From Candidatus Multivoradales bacterium (lineage in GTDB: Bacteria; Acidobacteriota; Thermoanaerobaculia; Multivoradales; Multivoraceae): 64,000 nt of DNA. A program made the position numbers and the translations under genes. The stretch is taken from positions 704,001-768,000 of the forward strand of contig CBDCWI010000002.1 in the NCBI GenBank assembly GCA_965223325.1, written 5' to 3'. Shown here piece by piece: positions 37,490-46,910 of this stretch; position 1 is the stretch's first letter, and every line of letters starts with the position of its first letter. The notes under the pieces were generated by a model. That model saw only the letters and a program-made list of their open reading frames with translations, ran no database searches and was not told the origin of the DNA.

Positions 37490-38220
37490 GGCGAGGTTTT
37501 CTCTCGCAACTCAGCGTTGAGGCACCAGGAAAGCTCAGACAGCCGTTCGAAGTGCGCTGTCCAACCGTGCTCTTCGAGTGCTATCTGATCGAGCTCGACC
37601 TGCCAGAAGAACTCCTCGCAGACTTCATCAGCCAGTGCGGCTCTCCCGTCGCCTCGATAACCGGCCAGGATCTCCTTTTCGGCCAAGAGGTTCTCGAACA
37701 TCAGGTCGCCAACCAGGAAACGACCACCCGGGCGGACCAGTCTGGCCAGTGCGCCAAACAGGGCATCACGCTCGTCCGGCATCAGGTGATGAATCGCATA
37801 GGTACTGACAGCGGCGTCGAACCTGCGCTCTGGTGTTCTAGAGGCCGCGCGATCAACGCAGAACTCGAGGAGATCCTGCGAGCACCACTCAACCGTCACC
37901 GCACGCAACCCCGGGTGCTGCCCACTGCTCTCTAGCGCCTCGAGCTTGCGACGCGCGAGGTCGGTCATCGCGCGTGAAATATCCACCGCGACCACTCGCC
38001 CCTCCCCCGACATCCGGCGCGCCAGCTCGAGGGTCAGGTTGCCGGTCCCCGAGCCCAGTTCGAGGAGCTGACAGCCGTCGTGGGTCGGTGTTCGCGCGGC
38101 AACCCATTCGAGGACCAGGGGGTAGCCAGTGCGAATCGGATCGGCCGAGTTCAGGACGTCGACGTCGTAGCCGTCGGCATCTTCATCGTGATTGAAGCGA
38201 TCTACGTGCTGGGAGCGCAT
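37486..38220 (-). CDS. Class I SAM-dependent methyltransferase
   Basis: LELGSGTGNLT, VDIS, STYAIHHL, PGGRFLVGD. Confidence 0.85.
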   Translation of the reverse strand: MRSQHVDRFNHDEDADGYDVDVLNSADPIRTGYPLVLEWVAARTPTHDGCQLLELGSGTGNLTLELARRMSGEGRVVAVDISRAMTDLARRKLEALESSGQHPGLRAVTVEWCSQDLLEFCVDRAASRTPERRFDAAVSTYAIHHLMPDERDALFGALARLVRPGGRFLVGDLMFENLLAEKEILAGYRGDGRAALADEVCEEFFWQVELDQIALEEHGWTAHFERLSELSWCLNAELREKTSP

Positions 38221-38245
38221 GTTTTTTTGGTTGCCTTTCCTGGCG

Positions 38246-38641
38246 TCACAGCGCCAGGCGATGGCCGACCCACACGGCGGCCATACCGAGGGCGAGGTGT
38301 AGCCCGATGTAGAGCGCAACCCTGCCCCCGCTGCCGGCCCCGGACCCGGCCTCGAGCAGTCTGAGGGTGTCGAGTGCGAAAGTCGAATAGGTAGTGAAGC
38401 CTCCCAGGACGCCGGTCACCGCAAAGGCTCGCAAGCGAGCGTGCTCGAGCCCGGTGCCATCGAGGTGCCCCACCAGCATCCCGATCGCCAGGCAGCCCAG
38501 GAGGTTCACCGTCAAGGTTCCCCAGGGCAGGAGTGCACCACCCGCAAACCGCGTCACCGCAAGGCCCACCAGGTAGCGCAACGCTGCTCCTACCCCGCCG
38601 CCAAGGGCGACCAGAACCACCATCAGACCCTGCACGCTCAT
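38246..38641 (-). CDS. crcB: Fluoride efflux channel CrcB/FluC
   Basis: GGGVGAALRY, PWGTLTVN, TGVLGGFTTYSTF. Confidence 0.92.
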   Translation of the reverse strand: MSVQGLMVVLVALGGGVGAALRYLVGLAVTRFAGGALLPWGTLTVNLLGCLAIGMLVGHLDGTGLEHARLRAFAVTGVLGGFTTYSTFALDTLRLLEAGSGAGSGGRVALYIGLHLALGMAAVWVGHRLAL

Positions 38642-38730
38642 AGGCGGAGGATAACGCCCCTGGCTCTTCGCCGTGATGCCGCTCGACGCTTCCTCCTGAC
38701 CCCTGGGCCTGCGCTACTCTACGAACCATC

Positions 38731-39909
38731 ATGGACCTGACCATCTCGAAGAAGTACGAGCCTCTCCGTAGCGAGATTCGCGAGTTCCTCGACGCCCACC
38801 AGAAGCAGGCAGTCTCCGACAACGTCGGCGCTGGCGACGAGGAGGCCGCCCGGGGTTGGCAGAAGCTGTTGTTCGACCACGGCTACGTCGGCCGCACGAT
38901 CCCCGCCGACTATGGCGGCGCCGGCCTCGAACCGGACCTCTTAGAAGCGATCGTGATCGAGGAGGAGTTCCGAAAGGCACGCGTATCGCTCGGCTTGCAC
39001 AACCAGGGCATCGACATGTTCGTGCCGACGGTTCTCCATTTCGGAACCGAAGAGCAGAAACGCGCCTACATCGGACCCACCATTCGCGGCGAGATGATCT
39101 GGTGCCAGGGCTACAGCGAGCCCGGCTCGGGCAGCGACCTGGCCTCGCTGACCACCCGTGGCGAGCTCGACGGAGACGAGTACGTCATCAACGGTCAGAA
39201 GATCTGGACCAGCACAGCCGCTCAAGCCGACATGATGTTCGGTCTCTTTCGCACCGAGAAGGACGCCGGCAAACACGCTGGCATCTCCTACATGGTGCTG
39301 TCGATGGACACCCCGGGCATCGACGTCCGGCCGCTCAAGACGATGAACGGCGACAAGACCTTCAACGAAGTGTTCTTCACCAACGTCCGGGTTCCGCGCA
39401 AGAACGTCATCGGTAACCCGGGACAAGGCTGGGAGATCGGCACCTACACACTGCGCCATGAGCGTCACATGCTGGGTCGACCGCAGGGCTCGCGGCGCTA
39501 CCTCGAGAGCGCCGTCTCTGTACTCACCGATACCGGCAAGATCGACGACCCTCTCTTCCGCGAGCGGCTGATCCGGCTCGAGGCCAAAGTGATGGCGCTC
39601 GAGTTCCACGCCATGCGGCTGGTGACCGACGACCTCCAGAAGCGTGACTCGGGCGTCGCCGGCCTGGTGGTCAAGCTCTACGGCTGCCAACTCAACTACG
39701 ACCTCTGCGCGCTGGCCATCGACGCCCTGGGCGAGCGCGGTCTGCTCAAGCCAGGCTCGCGCAACGTGCGTGACCACGGCGCCTGGCAGCAGAACTACAT
39801 GTACGCCCTCGGCCTCATCATCGGCGGCGGCACCGCCCAGATTCAAAAGAACATCATCAGCGAAGTAGGGCTCGGCATGCCCCGCGAACCCAAGGTTCGC
39901 GCCTCCTGA
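38731..39909 (+). CDS. Acyl-CoA dehydrogenase (catalytic-type subunit)
   Basis: WCQGYSEPGSGSDLASL, INGQKIWTS, FNEVFF, IGGGTAQIQKNII. Confidence 0.92.
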   Translation: MDLTISKKYEPLRSEIREFLDAHQKQAVSDNVGAGDEEAARGWQKLLFDHGYVGRTIPADYGGAGLEPDLLEAIVIEEEFRKARVSLGLHNQGIDMFVPTVLHFGTEEQKRAYIGPTIRGEMIWCQGYSEPGSGSDLASLTTRGELDGDEYVINGQKIWTSTAAQADMMFGLFRTEKDAGKHAGISYMVLSMDTPGIDVRPLKTMNGDKTFNEVFFTNVRVPRKNVIGNPGQGWEIGTYTLRHERHMLGRPQGSRRYLESAVSVLTDTGKIDDPLFRERLIRLEAKVMALEFHAMRLVTDDLQKRDSGVAGLVVKLYGCQLNYDLCALAIDALGERGLLKPGSRNVRDHGAWQQNYMYALGLIIGGGTAQIQKNIISEVGLGMPREPKVRAS

Positions 39910-39928
39910 GGCTTCTGGAGCAACACCA

Positions 39929-40981
39929 ATGGAATTCGGCCTCTCACAGCCTCAGACCATGCTGCGCGATGCGATCGCGCAGTACGTGGCCCAGGAAGTA
40001 CCGGTCTCGCGGGTGCGCGAGATCGCCCACGGCCCCGGCTTCGACTCGCGGTTGCTGGCCAGCCTCGGCAGCCAGGGCGTGCTCGGGCTTCTGATTCCAG
40101 AAGAGTACGGTGGCTCGGGCCTCGGCCTCTTCGAAGCTTGCATCGCCGCCCAGGAGCTTGGACGAGGCGTGACCCCGGTAGCCTTCGACCGCCTGGCGGT
40201 CACCACTCCACTGCTCCTGGCAGCCGGTGGTTCAATCGGCCAGAGGAAGACCTGGCTCCCTCGAATCGCCGCGGGAGAAGCAACCGTCGTCCCCGTTCTC
40301 GACGGTGATGTCACCGTCGAGAACGGACATCTCTCGGGCCGCGCGCTCTTTGTCCCACACGGCGCCGATGCCAGTGCGTTTCTGGTGGCCGACAACGAAG
40401 GCGGTGTACACCTGGCCCCGGCAGGTGCTGCCGGTCTCACCTGCCACGCGCTCGACAACATCGACGACACGCGGCGACTGGCCGAACTCGGATTCGATGG
40501 AGTTGCCGCCGAAGCGCTGGCCGGCGACGCGGCGATCGATCGTGCTCTGCAGGCGGCGCGCATCGCACTCGCCGCCGACACCCTGGGCGCGAGCCAGCAG
40601 GCGCTCGAGATCGCGCGCGACTACGCCCTCGAGCGTCAGCAATTCGGCCGCATCGTCGGCTCCTACCAGGCCGTCAAGCACATGTGTGCCGAGGTGGCTG
40701 CCGATTGCGAGCCGGTACAGGCGCTGGTCTGGTACGCCGCCCATGCCTGGGACGAAGACCTCGACCTGACCATCTGGCTAGCCCCGCTGGCCAAGGCACA
40801 CGCCACCGAGGTCGCCACCGAGGCGGTGGCCAAGACCACCCAGGTCTTCGGCGGTATGGGTTTCACCTGGGAGTGCGATATGCACCTCTACTTCAAACGC
40901 GTCGGTCAGAACCGGCAGCTGCTCGGGAGCCCCAGCGATCTGTTCCGCGAGGCCGCAGCGCTTCGCTATCCGGCGGCCTAG
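39929..40981 (+). CDS. Acyl-CoA dehydrogenase (short partner-type subunit)
   Basis: ERQQFGRIVGSYQAVKH, FGGMGFTWECDMHLYFKR. Lacks the N-terminal SEPG.GSD motif. Confidence 0.88.
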   Translation: MEFGLSQPQTMLRDAIAQYVAQEVPVSRVREIAHGPGFDSRLLASLGSQGVLGLLIPEEYGGSGLGLFEACIAAQELGRGVTPVAFDRLAVTTPLLLAAGGSIGQRKTWLPRIAAGEATVVPVLDGDVTVENGHLSGRALFVPHGADASAFLVADNEGGVHLAPAGAAGLTCHALDNIDDTRRLAELGFDGVAAEALAGDAAIDRALQAARIALAADTLGASQQALEIARDYALERQQFGRIVGSYQAVKHMCAEVAADCEPVQALVWYAAHAWDEDLDLTIWLAPLAKAHATEVATEAVAKTTQVFGGMGFTWECDMHLYFKRVGQNRQLLGSPSDLFREAAALRYPAA

Positions 40982-41505
40982 TCGAGGTCGACCAAGACGG
41001 GCGGATGGTCGATCGCCTCGAGGAACCGGACCAGATCGCCGCTGGTGATCGAGGTGGTCATCGTATTGGCCAGCGGATGAAAGTTGAGCGGCTCTTCTCC
41101 CAGGAGGGCGTGCTCGACGATCATCTCGACCAGGCGACCGTGATCGTTGATCAATGCCAACGGCGACACCGCCCCGGGACGCACGCCGAGCACCTCCATG
41201 AGTCGCTCCGGACTGGCGAACGAAAACCGCGACGCCGCAAGCGCGGCCGCCAGCGCTTTCAGGTTGACGGCCTGGCTGGCTCGGCACGAGTAGAGCACCA
41301 GGCGGCCCTTCTTCGTCGACAGGAGGAGGTTCTTGGTGTGGGCACCTGACAACTCACCCCACCGCTCGAGTGACTCGGCGACCGTCCAGATCGGCTCGTG
41401 CTCGACGGTGCCGACCACGATCCCCAGTTCATCGAAGAGACCGAAGAGCTCGTCGGGCCCGACCGGAAGCGAGCCATCCGCCAACCTGTACTCCACGTCC
41501 TTCAT
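40978..41505 (-). CDS. YbaK/ProX family aminoacyl-tRNA deacylase (prolyl-tRNA editing)
   Basis: HTKNLLL, FSFAS, LGVRPGAVSP, NFHPLANT. Confidence 0.88.
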   Translation of the reverse strand: MKDVEYRLADGSLPVGPDELFGLFDELGIVVGTVEHEPIWTVAESLERWGELSGAHTKNLLLSTKKGRLVLYSCRASQAVNLKALAAALAASRFSFASPERLMEVLGVRPGAVSPLALINDHGRLVEMIVEHALLGEEPLNFHPLANTMTTSITSGDLVRFLEAIDHPPVLVDLD

Positions 41506-41531
41506 CGACAGGAGGCGCGGCCGCTCGAACC

Positions 41532-42617
41532 TCAGTCGTCTGAGGTGCTACCCGACTTCTTCGCCAGCGCCTCACTCTCGAGCAGGCGAGCACCGCGCAG
41601 AATGCCGTCCATGGCGTAGTTGCCTTCGTGGCAGGCGTACTCGTAGACCTTCTCATCGCTGGTGCGCCAGACGTACTCACCACTCCACGGCGCCGTCCAC
41701 ACCGAGGGGTCGTCCATGGTGAAGCGATAGAGCAGATTGCCGTCCTCGAGGCGCGAGAAGCGCTCGGTCACAACCGCGTTCTCGGAGCCCCCACGCATCA
41801 GAGCGTCGGGCCGGAAGTTGGTGGTCTCGACGACCAGCGTGTCGCCTTCCCACCAACCAATCGAGTCACCGAGCCACGAAAGCGTCGCAGCCGGCGCGTG
41901 CTCCGAGTTCATGCGCACGATGCGTGCGTCGTGCACCATCTCGATGAGAATCATCACATGCGTATCGGTCTGGATGATGCGCTTGTAGTTGTTGTAGAGG
42001 CTCGGGAATGTCGGTGCAGCACCCGTGAAACCGAGAAGACAACGCTCGGCGATGCCCAGAGACTCTGGACCATCGTAGGGCCCCGGACCATCGAGCTCGA
42101 GCCACCAGGCGGTGCCATCGTTGGGGCGCCGGAGCTTGGCACGCTCCGCCATCCGCTCGATGGCAGCCTCGGTCGGCGGTGGCATGCGGCCGTCTTTCGG
42201 GTCGGTGATGATCGAGGTGCGGAACTTGCCGTCGACGGAGAACACCTCGGTTCCACGATCGGTCCAGAAGTTGTTGTAGCCGCCCACGTTGCCCGCACCA
42301 CTGACCTCGCGTGCCTCGTCGTCGTATCCGATCGGTGGCGCACCGCCAGCGGGAGGTGCTTCGTCTACCGGGCCGCGATTGCGCTCACGCCGAAGAACCC
42401 GCTGGCGCTCCTTCTCCATGATCTCTTCGGCCGCCTCGCGGGTGAGCTCGAGGTTGGTGCCGAACTCTCTGGGACGCTGAAGCGGCGTGAGGGTCGAGAC
42501 GTCGTAGGTGCCCGAGAGATCAGGACGCCCGTCGGCGGAGCGTGTGCCGGCCTCTTGCGCCTGACCAGGGAGTGCGAGCAAAAGGCCAGCGACCAGAACC
42601 ATCAAGGTGCGAAACAT
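41532..42617 (-). CDS. Conserved exported hypothetical protein (GRPDLSG...YEYACHEGN family)
   Basis: Signal peptide, GRPDLSG, ERCLLG, GDSIGWWEGDTLVVETTNF, YEYACHEGN. Confidence 0.8.
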   Translation of the reverse strand: MFRTLMVLVAGLLLALPGQAQEAGTRSADGRPDLSGTYDVSTLTPLQRPREFGTNLELTREAAEEIMEKERQRVLRRERNRGPVDEAPPAGGAPPIGYDDEAREVSGAGNVGGYNNFWTDRGTEVFSVDGKFRTSIITDPKDGRMPPPTEAAIERMAERAKLRRPNDGTAWWLELDGPGPYDGPESLGIAERCLLGFTGAAPTFPSLYNNYKRIIQTDTHVMILIEMVHDARIVRMNSEHAPAATLSWLGDSIGWWEGDTLVVETTNFRPDALMRGGSENAVVTERFSRLEDGNLLYRFTMDDPSVWTAPWSGEYVWRTSDEKVYEYACHEGNYAMDGILRGARLLESEALAKKSGSTSDD

Positions 42618-42702
42618 GTCAAGACCTCCGGTGTTTCGCTCATCCTAGACCAACAGTCATCAACGAGCCGAAGCGCTTCCACTTTGGCTCTTCAAGCAAC
42701 AG

Positions 42703-42745
42703 AAAACCCCGACCCGCGCCGACGAATCGCGGGCGAATCGGGGTT
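42703..42745 (-). terminator. Possible terminator hairpin downstream of the OmpA-domain gene
   Basis: AACCCCGA...TCGGGGTT imperfect stem with a T-run on the minus strand. Confidence 0.35.
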
Positions 42746-42769
42746 CCGTTGAAAAGACGGCGAAAGCCG

Positions 42770-43327
42770 TCAGCGACGGATGTGGACCTCGACGCGGCGC
42801 GCCTCTTCGAGATCACCACTGCCGGTGGTGAAGAGGGGCTTGCGCAAGTCGATACGGTCGGCCGGGACCCCGAGCGCGATGAGCTTGGAGCGCACCGAGA
42901 GCGCCCGGTTGCGCGCCAGCTCGTCGTTATGGGCGGCGTCACCGGTCGGGTCGTGATAGCCCGAGACTGCGGTGATGACGTCGTCGTGTTCGCCCATGTA
43001 GGCAACGATTTCCGCCAGCGTCGTGTCGACATCAGCCGGCAGGCTGAACTCGTCGACGTCGAAGTAGACGCGCGCCGTCGGAACCTCCTCGACATCCACC
43101 AGCCCGCGCAGCTTGTCAACGAACGACGGGCCTTCAGGCTCCGGTTCGGGAGCCGGCACGACGGCCGGTGCGGGCGCCGCGGCGACCGCGGTAGTGCCAC
43201 AGGTGGGACAGTTGCGGCCGCCTGGGCCGTGACCCATGAGCCAGAGGGCGAGGGTTAGTAGCGCCAGAAGAATGGCGACGGTGAGCCAGATGGTCCTGAA
43301 GGAACTGCCTTCTTGATGGTTACTCAT
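42770..43327 (-). CDS. OmpA/MotB C-terminal peptidoglycan-binding domain protein with N-terminal TM helix
   Basis: VYFDVD, SGYHDPTGDAAHNDELARNRALSV, ARRVEV. Confidence 0.85.
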   Translation of the reverse strand: MSNHQEGSSFRTIWLTVAILLALLTLALWLMGHGPGGRNCPTCGTTAVAAAPAPAVVPAPEPEPEGPSFVDKLRGLVDVEEVPTARVYFDVDEFSLPADVDTTLAEIVAYMGEHDDVITAVSGYHDPTGDAAHNDELARNRALSVRSKLIALGVPADRIDLRKPLFTTGSGDLEEARRVEVHIRR

Positions 43328-43345
43328 TTTTTTCCTTCCTAGCGA

Positions 43346-44029
43346 TCAGCGGCGCACGCCGCCATCGAGCACATCCTGGAGGATCTTCAGAGCCTTCCAC
43401 CGGTTGTAGGCCGCGAGCATCGCCTGCTCCGGCCACGTACCTGGATCCGCGAGTTTGAAGTTCGGTCCCGCGGCGTCGAGAACCCGCTGCAAGCGTGGAA
43501 TCTCGGCCCGGGAAAGTTCCATGAACGTCTTCACACCGTCCTCGTTGAGGAGCTCCTCGATCTTCGGGCCGATTCCCTCGATGATCTTGAGGTCATCGGG
43601 GCCCATGATCTCGAAGCCAGCAGCACGCGCCGCGGCCAGGTCGATGGTGGGTCCGAGCTCAAACGCCTTGAGGCGCGCTTCGAGCGCGGAGATTCTCGAC
43701 AGGTGCGCCGGGTTGTCGACCTCGACGGTCTTCTCGACGATCTTCTCAACCGTCTGCGGAGCACGTGCCTCGAGTTCGGCGATCTTGGCGACGAGCGCCG
43801 GGTTGTCGACCTCGACGACCTTCTCGACCTCGACGATCTTCTCAACGGTGTCGGGCGTACGAGCCTCGAGCTCGGCGATCTTCGCAATGTGGGCAGGGTT
43901 GTCGATCTCGACCTTTCGCTCGACGATCTTCTCCACCTCTATTTGGGGTCGCTTCAGCAAGCCGCTGAGCAACCACGCACCGAGCGCACCAGCAAGGTAC
44001 GGCCAGAGTGCGCAAAGAAAGGAAGCCAT
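43346..44029 (-). CDS. Membrane-anchored repeat protein with C-terminal helix-hairpin-helix (DUF4332-like) domain
   Basis: N-terminal TM helix, three VEKIVE...DNPA...IxxLEAR repeats, DDLKIIEGIGPKI, TWPEQA. GGAGG RBS. Confidence 0.8.
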   Translation of the reverse strand: MASFLCALWPYLAGALGAWLLSGLLKRPQIEVEKIVERKVEIDNPAHIAKIAELEARTPDTVEKIVEVEKVVEVDNPALVAKIAELEARAPQTVEKIVEKTVEVDNPAHLSRISALEARLKAFELGPTIDLAAARAAGFEIMGPDDLKIIEGIGPKIEELLNEDGVKTFMELSRAEIPRLQRVLDAAGPNFKLADPGTWPEQAMLAAYNRWKALKILQDVLDGGVRR

Positions 44030-44396
44030 AAATCCTCCATAGGACCCGTCACGATGGACGCACGGCGTTCGCTGCCGGTGAGCCCTCCGATCAGTCCTGG
44101 TCATAGGTTTTGGGGAAACAGACCTCGATGGTAGAGGGGAGCGGTACCCGAGGGCAAGCAAGCATGCTGCAGCCGGCCGCAGAGACAACCGCCCGAGGGC
44201 CGCAAGTCCTTTGGCCCCTTTGGCTTCGTGAGATCGAGCCGCCCATCTCCAGAGGTCAAGCAGAACCCCTCGTGTCAGGCAACAACCCTCACAGGCCGCC
44301 GGCAGCGGGAGTGCCCCAGCAAGGTTTGAGCCGCGTTTCGCGTCCTCTCAAGCGAGAGCCCAATGACGGGGAACCTCAAACAAGGGAGAACACGAC

Positions 44397-44933
44397 GTGG
44401 GAAAACAGCGAGGATTCGGCAGTCGGAAACTGGGGAGCAGCGCGCTTCGCAGAACCCTGAGAGAACAGCGGCGCCAACTCGACGAGATGGTCGAGGCACA
44501 GCGACGGGAACGAGAAGCGTGGCAGAAGCGGCGGGTGATCCACCCCGCAGGACCACTGGAGCCGCCCTGGGAGGACCAGGACATGTGGCGCGAGCTCGCG
44601 TACCAATTGCACCAGAACGAGGCCCAGTCGACCGACGACGACTGGGACGACGATCCCTTCGGGTTCGGCCCCGACGCGTGTCCAACGCTGCGCGAGTACG
44701 AGGTCCTCGAGATCTACGAGCACGAAGGGCTGCGGGTGATGGAAACCAGTTCTGACCCCGAACCCAAGTGTCGTTTGTGGATCCCCGAAGCCGCCGAGTG
44801 CTTCACCGTCGGCCAGCGCTTCAACCTGGGCTGGAACGACACTTCTGTCGGCGTCTGGCCGCCGGCTGGGGACGGGGTCACACCCACCGCACCGAGCGGT
44901 GTCGCGTTCCGCTGGGCACCCGGCAGTAGCTGA
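44397..44933 (+). CDS. Hypothetical protein
   Basis: GTG start after AAGGGAGA, host-like codon usage, no recognisable family. Confidence 0.6.
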   Translation: MGKQRGFGSRKLGSSALRRTLREQRRQLDEMVEAQRREREAWQKRRVIHPAGPLEPPWEDQDMWRELAYQLHQNEAQSTDDDWDDDPFGFGPDACPTLREYEVLEIYEHEGLRVMETSSDPEPKCRLWIPEAAECFTVGQRFNLGWNDTSVGVWPPAGDGVTPTAPSGVAFRWAPGSS

Positions 44934-44980
44934 CCGAGCAGGCAGGCGGCGGTTGGGGCCTCTGGCCCCTCCCCCGCGCC

Positions 44981-45166
44981 CTACGGCTTCATGTGTTCGT
45001 CGTACCAGGCGATCATGCACACCATGCGGCCTTCGATGGAACTCGGCACCGTGAGGCCGTGGAACTGGCCGTCGGGGCTGAACCTCGGGTGGCCCTCGCT
45101 TCCCTTCTTGGTGTGGGTCAGCAGCACCCGAGTCGGACCGTCCGGGCTCACCATGAAGAGATCACT
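44981..45166 (-). pseudogene. S9 family peptidase relic (N-terminal propeller piece fused directly to the extreme C-terminus)
   Basis: Manual translation: SDLFMVSPDGPTRVLLTHTKKGSEGHPRFSPDG|QFHGLTVPSSIEGRMVCMIAWYDEHMKP*. Confidence 0.6.
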
Positions 45167-45171
45167 GCTCG

Positions 45172-45247
45172 CTTCAACGAGATCTTCGATGATGGTTTCG
45201 AGAGCGGCGACTCCGACGCGTGGGACGTCATCTGCGACGGTTGCTAG
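45172..45247 (+). pseudogene. Orphan 3' gene fragment encoding an IFxDGFESGD C-terminal motif
   Basis: FNEIFDDGFESGDSDAWDVICDGC* with no credible upstream coding region. Confidence 0.5.
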
Positions 45248-46536
45248 AGACCGTATCTCGCCACGCTATATGCCACCCAAAGGATCTGGCTAAGGATCGC
45301 GAACAGGCCAGCAGCAACGAGAAGGCCACGCCGCCACTGAGGTGGGGGGTTGAAGCTTTGGGCTAAGAGCACCGCGACCCAGGGTGCCCAACCCCAGAAA
45401 TACCAGCCCCCCACAGCACCCCAAACGCCAAAAACCTTTCGCTTTCCAACAGCAAAGGCCACGAACCCGATCGCCGCTACGATCAGTCCCGCTATGTGCG
45501 GAATCGTTCCCGACGAAGGCCTAGGCCTTGCGAGAAAAAATAGCACCAGCGTGAGCACGGCGAAGAACACGACAAGCCAGCCGGGTGGACGGATACCACT
45601 CCAGCCGCCTAGCCAGAACGCCGTTTTGAAGAAGGTATACGCGCTATGAGCAAGGCCCTTCGCCACCACAAGTGCTGAGTCCGTGAGTACGACCGAAGAA
45701 TTCAGTTCTAGGGTCCCTCCCCACTGCCACCCTCTCCAAAGCTGAACGGGAAAAACCGCGGCCGTAGCAGCAACCCCAGCGGCGACCAATCGCCAAGAAC
45801 GATCGCGTATCCACTGAGTGATGACCACCGCAGCGACGGGAAGCGCTGTGAGCTTCAAGAGCGGACCCACGGCAAGGAGCGCCACCGCTAGCCATGCCCG
45901 CGTCGCCTTGGGCCGACGTCCCACAATGATCAGCACCACGAGTGCCCAGAAAAAGATTGGCGCATCGTTGGATACTCGAATGAGCGACTCTGACGCTCCT
46001 GGTAAGAGAAGAAGGGCGAGTAACACTGCTTCTGACCCGGGGTGTCGCCGTTCAAGCCGGGGTAACCCAACCCACAAGGCAAGAGCCATTCCCACCACTG
46101 CCGCGAGTCGGATGAGAAGCAGTTGAAGCTCGGGCGATGTTCCACCTGCACGGACAACCCCATAGGCCAACAGATAAGCGAGAGGCGGCTGGTGCGCCTG
46201 GTAGTTCGGATATTTCTCAAGCCTCGGTCCCTCAAGGATGGGCTCCGGACGGAGTAGGTTGAACCCCGACGGACTCTCTTTGTTGAACGGCGGGCAGCCA
46301 AACGCGGCGTTCATATCGGGACCACACGGTCGCGCTTCTAGCGTTGAGATGAGAAGGGGATCGAGGGCGTCTTCGGGGGTTCCCAGCGCTAGGGCACGTA
46401 CCCGCGCAAGATGAAACGGTTCGTCTGGGCCCTCAAAGGCCGGCACCGCCAACGCATGCATCACGAAGATCAGTAGCAAGACGATGCGAACGCCTATCTT
46501 CGTCCTCTCAAAGGTCTGTGGTTTGATTCGTTCCAC
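45244..46536 (-). CDS. Polytopic membrane protein, GT-C/DUF2142-like glycosyltransferase, lower GC than its neighbours
   Basis: PAFEGPDEPFH, NYQAHQPPLAY, VSND, KLTA, many TM segments. Visibly more A/T at third codon positions. Confidence 0.7.
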   Translation of the reverse strand: MERIKPQTFERTKIGVRIVLLLIFVMHALAVPAFEGPDEPFHLARVRALALGTPEDALDPLLISTLEARPCGPDMNAAFGCPPFNKESPSGFNLLRPEPILEGPRLEKYPNYQAHQPPLAYLLAYGVVRAGGTSPELQLLLIRLAAVVGMALALWVGLPRLERRHPGSEAVLLALLLLPGASESLIRVSNDAPIFFWALVVLIIVGRRPKATRAWLAVALLAVGPLLKLTALPVAAVVITQWIRDRSWRLVAAGVAATAAVFPVQLWRGWQWGGTLELNSSVVLTDSALVVAKGLAHSAYTFFKTAFWLGGWSGIRPPGWLVVFFAVLTLVLFFLARPRPSSGTIPHIAGLIVAAIGFVAFAVGKRKVFGVWGAVGGWYFWGWAPWVAVLLAQSFNPPPQWRRGLLVAAGLFAILSQILWVAYSVARYGL

Positions 46537-46637
46537 TATTCAGACCAGCCAAACGGTTTGCGATGGTTCAAGGGTAAAGGGAAGCTCACGAGGTAGATCA
46601 CCAGCCTAGGCGGAAGGATGCGGAGGTGACCAGTTTT

Positions 46638-46704
46638 CTCGGTCTTCAATGTGTCGAAGAAGCTCTCGACCACAGCATGATCCCAGCAGTCTCCTCGGCG
46701 ACTC
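46638..46704 (-). mobile_element. IS3-family transposase fragment
   Basis: [22 protein letters not shown] matches the IS3 integrase-core motif S..GNC.DNA..ESFF..LK.E. Confidence 0.75.
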
Positions 46705-46910
46705 GGAGCCGGTTCGAAGTCTGTTCTGGACTCCACGATCTCGCCCATCGGCGGTCCTGCCGACGTCCGTGTCGGCGCCCGGTCCATCTCACAGATGGAC
46801 CCGGCAGAACCTGACCATCGGGCCTGGCGATTCTCCCCGCCAGACGATCCTGAAGGTAGTTCCGAAGACGACGGTTGCTAGCCAGCTTCGACGGCTTTGG
46901 TCGTCGGGGA
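46699..46910 (-). mobile_element. IS30-family transposase fragment
   Basis: Manual translation [25 protein letters not shown]...[29 protein letters not shown]; WSPEQ is the IS30 signature. Confidence 0.75.

Noticed and set aside
38642-38730. Fluoride riboswitch upstream of crcB
   Set aside because: The conserved GGCGATGG...TGATG core is not visible, and a -10 box sits 6 nt from the ATG, leaving no leader.
44050-44396. Riboswitch or ncRNA in the long intergenic region
   Set aside because: Only short inverted matches (GTTTGAG/CTCAAAC) and no recognisable family; an Rfam search would be needed to exclude it.
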